NCBI RefSeq assembly: GCF_001194135.2
Contig: NC_068989.1
Location: 24,603,820 to 24,647,237, forward strand
Direction of reading: 5' to 3'
Length of the DNA: 43,418 nt
Source: Octopus bimaculoides
Taxonomy: Eukaryota
The position numbers were made by a program, and so were the translations under genes. Positions 36,850 through 43,418 of this stretch are shown in pieces. The notes beneath the pieces were generated by a model. The model had not been told where the DNA came from. It saw nothing but the letters and a program-made list of their open reading frames with translations, and searched no databases. Within the stretch, counting starts at the first letter, position 1, and the number at the start of each line of letters is the position of its first letter.

Positions 36850-38075
36850 CTTACCCGGGCACGATCTGTGAACCATGCCTCTGCTCTTTCTCCTTGCACC
36901 CGCCCCACCCTTACCTGTTACCAGTTTCCCCTCACCTAACACCCCTCCACCCTATCCCTCCTACTACCATTTTCCGAGCCTTCCGGCGACTCCAGTCCGA
37001 CCCCTTTACCTTACATATCTTCCCTAACCTACTTCCCTCCATCAAACTAGCCTGGTCCACAGTTTCTTCCCTACCCCTGCCTCCCAGCCTGGTTCCTTCA
37101 CCTGCTCTCGCCCACGCTGTCGCACCTTCCCCTATCTCTCCAACACCGCTATCCTCACTGGCACCCACCACCGTCCCTATCATATATCACCAACTCCTTT
37201 ACCTGCACCTCCAGTAATGTTATTTACTGCAGCTCATGCTCTCTCTGTCCTTCCCAGTACATTGGTCAAATGGAAAGCCACTTGGCTGGCCGGTTCACAG
37301 AGCACCTCCGAGACATCAAACTCGGCAATGACACCCCGGTCTCGCGCAAATTCCGCTCTACCGGTCATTTGCTAACACACCTTCGCCGTGAATTGGAATT
37401 AATCTTCTCCCTTCGTTCACTTGCGCTTTATGAGCTCAAAACACTACCTCTCTTCATCTGACACCAACCACATAGATTCCCGCACACTTGCCACATTCAA
37501 CTGCTCTTTCCCTCCACCTACACACCTGCGTACCACCTACTTCATTACTCTCATCACAAACACCACTATACAAACACCCACACACGCTGTTCAACTCAGA
37601 AGAGACACCACACACCATTAAACCCCCCACAAACACCTCACTCCACATACACTAGCACCCAACACTCCTCAGCACCCACATCACACACCATTATCTACAC
37701 ACCCAAATACTATTATCCACACATCCAAATACTATTATCCACACACCAACACACACCCTTCAATAGTGTCACCACACATACCACTATACAAGCACCTCTA
37801 CACACTGTTCAACTCAGTACACACATCACACACCATCATGCACACTCCTACACCCACACTAGCATATAATGCCTGAACACTGACAATATACGCACACACA
37901 CACGCAACACACATAAACACACGCAACACGCATGGACACAGATAACTTTCATCCACAAACTTGCTCTATACACATGTACACTATATAATCAGTCACACAC
38001 ACACATACATACTTGCACACAACACCTGAACCAACACATATCAACTACTATGCACAAGCGTTTACACACACTCGT

Positions 38076-38114
<39 letters not shown>

Positions 38115-38259
38115 AGCCTCACACATATATACACGTCCATACGAGCGCGCACATACACGCATACACACGAATACACACGAATACACAAAATACACATCTC
38201 TCTGCACAATACATACACAAGGTTACTTGTACACATACACACACTCCCAGGCCAATGCG

Positions 38260-38304
<45 letters not shown>

Positions 38305-38760
38305 AAGTGACGCATACCATTCCACATAACGTACGCAGTGGGTCATTTACAGACATATATACACACAGGTCCACATATTTTTCAGCTCGTCCACACATAC
38401 ATACTCACACACTTACCCCCATTCATACATACACACTCACACACACCATTCTCAGATACATACGCGTGCGCGAGAATAAATTCGTTTGGCCAGATCACCG
38501 TCATTATCTCCCTTTCATTTAGCCTTCTTCTGGCTATTTCATCATGTTGAACCGTTAATTCTTACAAAAAGAATTTTTTTTCTCTCCGTTTTGTTTTTTC
38601 ATTCTCTCTCCCTTTTTGTTCTTCTTCATCTTTTCTGATCTTTTCTGTCGAAGAGCGTTTGCTCGAAACGTAAAAAAAATTTTCCATTCTTCCCGAGAAA
38701 CTAATACACCTGATGGTTGTTCCTACACCAGTCTTCGTCTTTAGTTTTTGTAAATTTGAG
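36850..38760 (+). mobile_element. Penelope-like element 3' half: RT thumb end, GIY-YIG endonuclease, CA-rich 3' region, terminal repeat
   Basis: FRRLQSDPFTLHIFP; PGSFTCSRPRCRT; FTCTSSNVIYCSSCSLCPSQYIGQ...RFTEHLRDI; terminal repeat 38580-38760 with a hammerhead. Continuity across the CA-rich stretch is inferred. Confidence 0.7.
38641..38676 (+). ncRNA. Minimal hammerhead-like fold with variant core CUGUCGA
   Basis: TTTT-CTGTCGA-A-GAGC-gttt-GCTC-GAAAC-GTA-AAAA. Confidence 0.5.
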
Positions 38761-38823
<63 letters not shown>

Positions 38824-38884
38824 TATAGTGTTTGAAGCAGTGTATAGATATTTATATTGAGAAAAAGAAGGTAGTCAGAATTTT

Positions 38885-39073
38885 GGATTATTCTTAGCGC
38901 TTTCGTTCGTTTATCGAACTCGTCAAGACAAAATCAAAACTTAAATGGTAAAAACAGAACGTTTCGTTGTTCATTTATATGATTCGGATGCTTTTTTCTT
39001 TGTTTAGAAGAGGAGTAAAATGTGTTTGCTTTTTAAGAACAAGGGGAAAGAGAGAAAGAAAAGCAAAGATGGG

Positions 39074-39111
<38 letters not shown>

Positions 39112-39934
39112 CTTCAGGACAATCAAGAAAGAGGAAAAAATAAATGATAGGGAAAGGATAGATAGATAGATAGATAAATAGACAGACAGACAGATAAATA
39201 GACAGATAGATAGATGGGTAGAGAGAGGTTTCTTTTCAATTTAATGTGGTCAATCATTGAAATTTCATTACAAAGCATTTTAATTTTTTTCTTTCTTTTG
39301 TCTTCCCATTCTATACCTATCAACATATTTGTAAATAAACACATTTTCTCACAAGGGCTGGTGACTTTTCAATATGTCAGTTTTAGGAAGATAAGAAAAG
39401 CGAGAAGGGTGCAGTGATCACTGAAAAATAAAAAAAGAGATCAAAGTTCAAAGTCTTATGAAAATGTATATTCCTTACACCTGCATAGTCAAGTCCCATA
39501 TTCTGTGTAATACCATGTTTTGCATGAACAAACATTACATATTAGTACAATATTCATAAATTAGGAAAGTAAAGTCAGAATTAAAAAAAAAATGGTACTG
39601 TTTATAATTCAATCTATTCTCTATGTACATTTAATGAAACATCATAAATGAGTTTTGTATTAATATGTATATTGTATATCTAGCTGGAAGCCACTCTGTA
39701 GGATATTAAGTTATATAATAAAGTAGGACCTGCTTAAATATATTTTTGAGTATCTTTCATCCTTTTGTAGGTTTTCTTTTTCCTTTTCTTGCTTGCTTGG
39801 ATAAGATAATTCAAAAGAGATCTCCACGAATTACTTACATTAGATATCTTTCCTAATCAGTGGTAAAATAGTTCTAGTATTCTTTCTCGGGTATATGTAA
39901 GTTCTAGAAGAACAACGGTTGTCAAAATCCCAAT

Positions 39935-39966
<32 letters not shown>

Positions 39967-40970
39967 TGATCATTTATAGAGATGAGTATCACGTTATTAA
40001 TATTGGAGCACATTCAGAAACAACAGTAATAGTGTAATATAAATGTTTTCTCTTCATCCATCATCATTTCTATTAAAATAATAATAATAAAATTGTAGTC
40101 CCTCCACTTCTCTTTCAAACATTCAATTTTGGAGAGAATTTTTTGGTGAAGTGTAGCTCCATTGCTTTTCGGAATTTTGGGTCATCTCTTGAACAGTTGT
40201 AAAAGGGAAAGGTTTTGAACTTTCCTTCATCGCATATTTCTAGATGCTTGCTCAGTGGAATCTTGCTCAATTCCTATTGTCGGATGTGTTGCCTGTGGAT
40301 TCTTGCACGTTGGCAGAGGGAATTGTTTCTTTTGCCAATGTAATTTTCCTTGCGGGTGGAGCAAGTAATGCAGTATATGAGATTCTGCGTCTTGCAGTTC
40401 ATATCTGCATTTACTTTGAACAAGAATCTGCTCTTGAATTTTATGTGGGAACCACTTTCTATGTATTTTATGTTGTTGTTGTTGCATGTTCCACATCTGC
40501 TATCTCCACATTACGGAGAACTCTGATTCATTCTCTGATGTGAATTTTGCTTTTGTGAGGTGCTTTTTGAGATTCTTTGGTTGGCGTCTACTGTTTCGTA
40601 AGAGGTCATTATCAATCAGATTTTTCAGTTCGGGGATTTGTGGAAGTATAGGTAGGCTTGATTTTATGGTGTGAAAGATGTTGGCTACCCCAGGATTTTG
40701 CGTATTGATAAATTGAATCGCGTATTCATTAATTCTTTCCACACCATTCCCCTTTTCTTATCTTTACCACCCTACTTCCTAAAATTGACATCTTGAAAGA
40801 CCACCAGTCTTTGTGAGAAAATGTGTTTATCTACAGATATGTTGATAGGTATACAATGGGAAGAAAAAGAAAGAAAAGAAAAAGAAAAATGCGTTGTAAT
40901 GAATTTCAATGGATTGACCACATAAAATTGAAAAGAACCTCCCCCCTCTCTCTCTCTATCTATCTATCTG

Positions 40971-41029
<59 letters not shown>

Positions 41030-41046
41030 GTCTATCTATCTATCTG

Positions 41047-41117
<71 letters not shown>

Positions 41118-41134
41118 GTCTATCTATCTATCTG

Positions 41135-41193
<59 letters not shown>

Positions 41194-41360
41194 GTCTATC
41201 TATCTATCTATCTATCTGTCTGTCTGTCTGTCTGTCTATCCACCCATCCATCCTTTCCCCATCACTTATTCTTTTCTTCTTCCTTGATTGTACTGAAACC
41301 TTTTGATTTTAATTTTGTCTTGACGAGTTCAATAAATGAACGAAAGCACTAATATACATA
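38885..41360 (-). mobile_element. 5'-truncated Penelope-like element bracketed by inverted terminal repeats (arms ~38885-39365 and ~40795-41360)
   Basis: Minus-strand 40100-40745 reads ...NSRRQPKNLKKHLTKAKF...CGTC...NLIYCITC...ENYIGK...HRQHIRQ. The arms are reverse complements over several hundred bp apart from microsatellite length and a ~170-bp insert. Each arm ends in tgtcttgacgagttc.ataaa.gaacgaaagc.cta. Confidence 0.8.
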
Positions 41361-41652
41361 CATACATACATACATGCATACATATATATGTAAATATATA
41401 TGTGTGTGTGTGTGTATGTAAAAATATATGTGTATATATGTATATATACATATTTAGGCACACACATATATATGTATGGATATGTATCTCCTAAAGTTAC
41501 ATATACTTCCGTATAGCATGCCAAAATATTTATGTAGCTTCAATAAATAAAATCATTAAAGATAGACACCATTTGTACATTATATTGCACATTAGAAACT
41601 GGAAAATAACAAAACCATGAGGATTAACAAGCCAGATTTAATTGTATTGCAG

Positions 41653-41779
41653 AATAAATGGCAGGCCGAATCCTTTCTTGATATGTTTGGATTCAGTGAA
41701 GAGGAACCCAGTTTTGAAAATTATGATGTTAGTTCTTGTTTCAAAAAACAGATGATGCCTGTTACTCTATGGATTGAAG
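41653..41779 (+). CDS. Exon 10: NKWQAESFLDMFGFSEEEPSFENYDVSSCFKKQMMPVTLWIE (gene continues beyond the window)
   Basis: gtattgcag acceptor; gaag|gtaagg donor; phase 0-1. Ends repeat 2 with YDVSSC. Confidence 0.83.
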
Positions 41780-41841
41780 GTAAGGTGAATGTACAATACA
41801 CACACATATGTATATATATACATACATGTATATATATATAT

Positions 41842-42508
41842 NNNNNNNNNNNNNNNNNNNNNNNNNNNNNNNNNNNNNNNNNNNNNNNNNNNNNNNNNNN
41901 NNNNNNNNNNNNNNNNNNNNNNNNNNNNNNNNNNNNNNNNNNNNNNNNNNNNNNNNNNNNNNNNNNNNNNNNNNNNNNNNNNNNNNNNNNNNNNNNNNNN
42001 NNNNNNNNNNNNNNNNNNNNNNNNNNNNNNNNNNNNNNNNNNNNNNNNNNNNNNNNNNNNNNNNNNNNNNNNNNNNNNNNNNNNNNNNNNNNNNNNNNNN
42101 NNNNNNNNNNNNNNNNNNNNNNNNNNNNNNNNNNNNNNNNNNNNNNNNNNNNNNNNNNNNNNNNNNNNNNNNNNNNNNNNNNNNNNNNNNNNNNNNNNNN
42201 NNNNNNNNNNNNNNNNNNNNNNNNNNNNNNNNNNNNNNNNNNNNNNNNNNNNNNNNNNNNNNNNNNNNNNNNNNNNNNNNNNNNNNNNNNNNNNNNNNNN
42301 NNNNNNNNNNNNNNNNNNNNNNNNNNNNNNNNNNNNNNNNNNNNNNNNNNNNNNNNNNNNNNNNNNNNNNNNNNNNNNNNNNNNNNNNNNNNNNNNNNNN
42401 NNNNNNNNNNNNNNNNNNNNNNNNNNNNNNNNNNNNNNNNNNNNNNNNNNNNNNNNNNNNNNNNNNNNNNNNNNNNNNNNNNNNNNNNNNNNNNNNNNNN
42501 NNNNNNNN
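41842..42508. other. Assembly gap (N)
   Basis: Run of N. Confidence 1.
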
Positions 42509-43141
42509 TATATATGTATATATATATATATGTATATATATATATTTATGTATATATAAAAAATTTAAGGAATGGAGTAAACGCATGTTATAACTGCATA
42601 CTTTATTCCGACATATGTTTCGAAGAATTACAATTTATGCGATCCATAGGAATCGGCGATGTTAAAAATGTAAACTTCTCCTCAGGGAAATGCATGGGAA
42701 TCATCTTAAACGTAAGACATTATGACCGAGTATGATAACTATAGTTGGATAAGGTTATGACGTGATTCATTTGAAAAAACCGTTAGAGATTTGGACGCTA
42801 CCAGATAGTAGGTTGGACAAGAAAAAAAAATGGAAGAGATAGAGATAAAGGAAAGTGTAGATTTGTGAGTAGATGGGATAATATAGATCTAATAAATTTT
42901 TTTTTTTATTTAAGAGGAATGTTATGTAATAAAAAGGCAATATAGTTGGGGTTAATACTGTGTTTCTATGAAAAAATTGAGATGAATGTATATGAACGCT
43001 TATACTTATGTGTCTGCTCATATGTATGCACACAAACAAATCCACATTTACTTCCATAAGTTCATGTATGTATATTTATATACATACCCACGTCAAAACT
43101 CACACTCATATATACATACGAACACACACACACACACACAT

Positions 43142-43174
<33 letters not shown>

Positions 43175-43418
43175 AATACATACATATATATATATATATA
43201 CATGTATATATATCCATATACCTATACATACACATACATATAAACACACGTACACATATATACACATACATACACATACATATAAATACATATACATACA
43301 CATATATATACATATATATACATATACATATACATATATATATATATATACACATATATATATACACATACATTTACACATATACACACATACCTACCTA
43401 TACACAAATACACATATA

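Overview
Eukaryotic, intron-rich and microsatellite-laden draft-assembly DNA with five N gaps. The SINE families and repeat density suggest an octopus or other cephalopod (inference). The main resident is a + strand gene that the ORF track largely hides. I rebuilt it by hand from 10 phase-compatible GT-AG exons between 8762 and 41779 (1351 nt, 450 codons); it continues beyond the window. It encodes a signal peptide plus two tandem ~200-aa Cys-bounded repeats resembling ependymin/LolA-fold domains. Its introns and upstream region hold a decayed DD37D (maT-type) Tc1/mariner element, a Gypsy integrase/3'LTR remnant, a Helitron-type element with intact ends, an RLE-type LINE fragment, many tRNA-derived SINEs and at least six Penelope-like element (PLE) remnants. 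The most notable signal is a set of minimal type-I hammerhead ribozyme folds at the PLE termini: one with a canonical CUGAUGA core, and recurrent non-canonical cores (CUGUNGA; UUGACGA). One PLE also carries a tRNA-like module just upstream of its hammerhead, and another has inverted terminal repeats. There is weaker evidence for a divergent minus-strand gene sharing a promoter at ~5.7-5.95 kb, and for an intronic ETS/NRF1-like/X-box cluster at ~33 kb. All calls are by eye; no searches were run.
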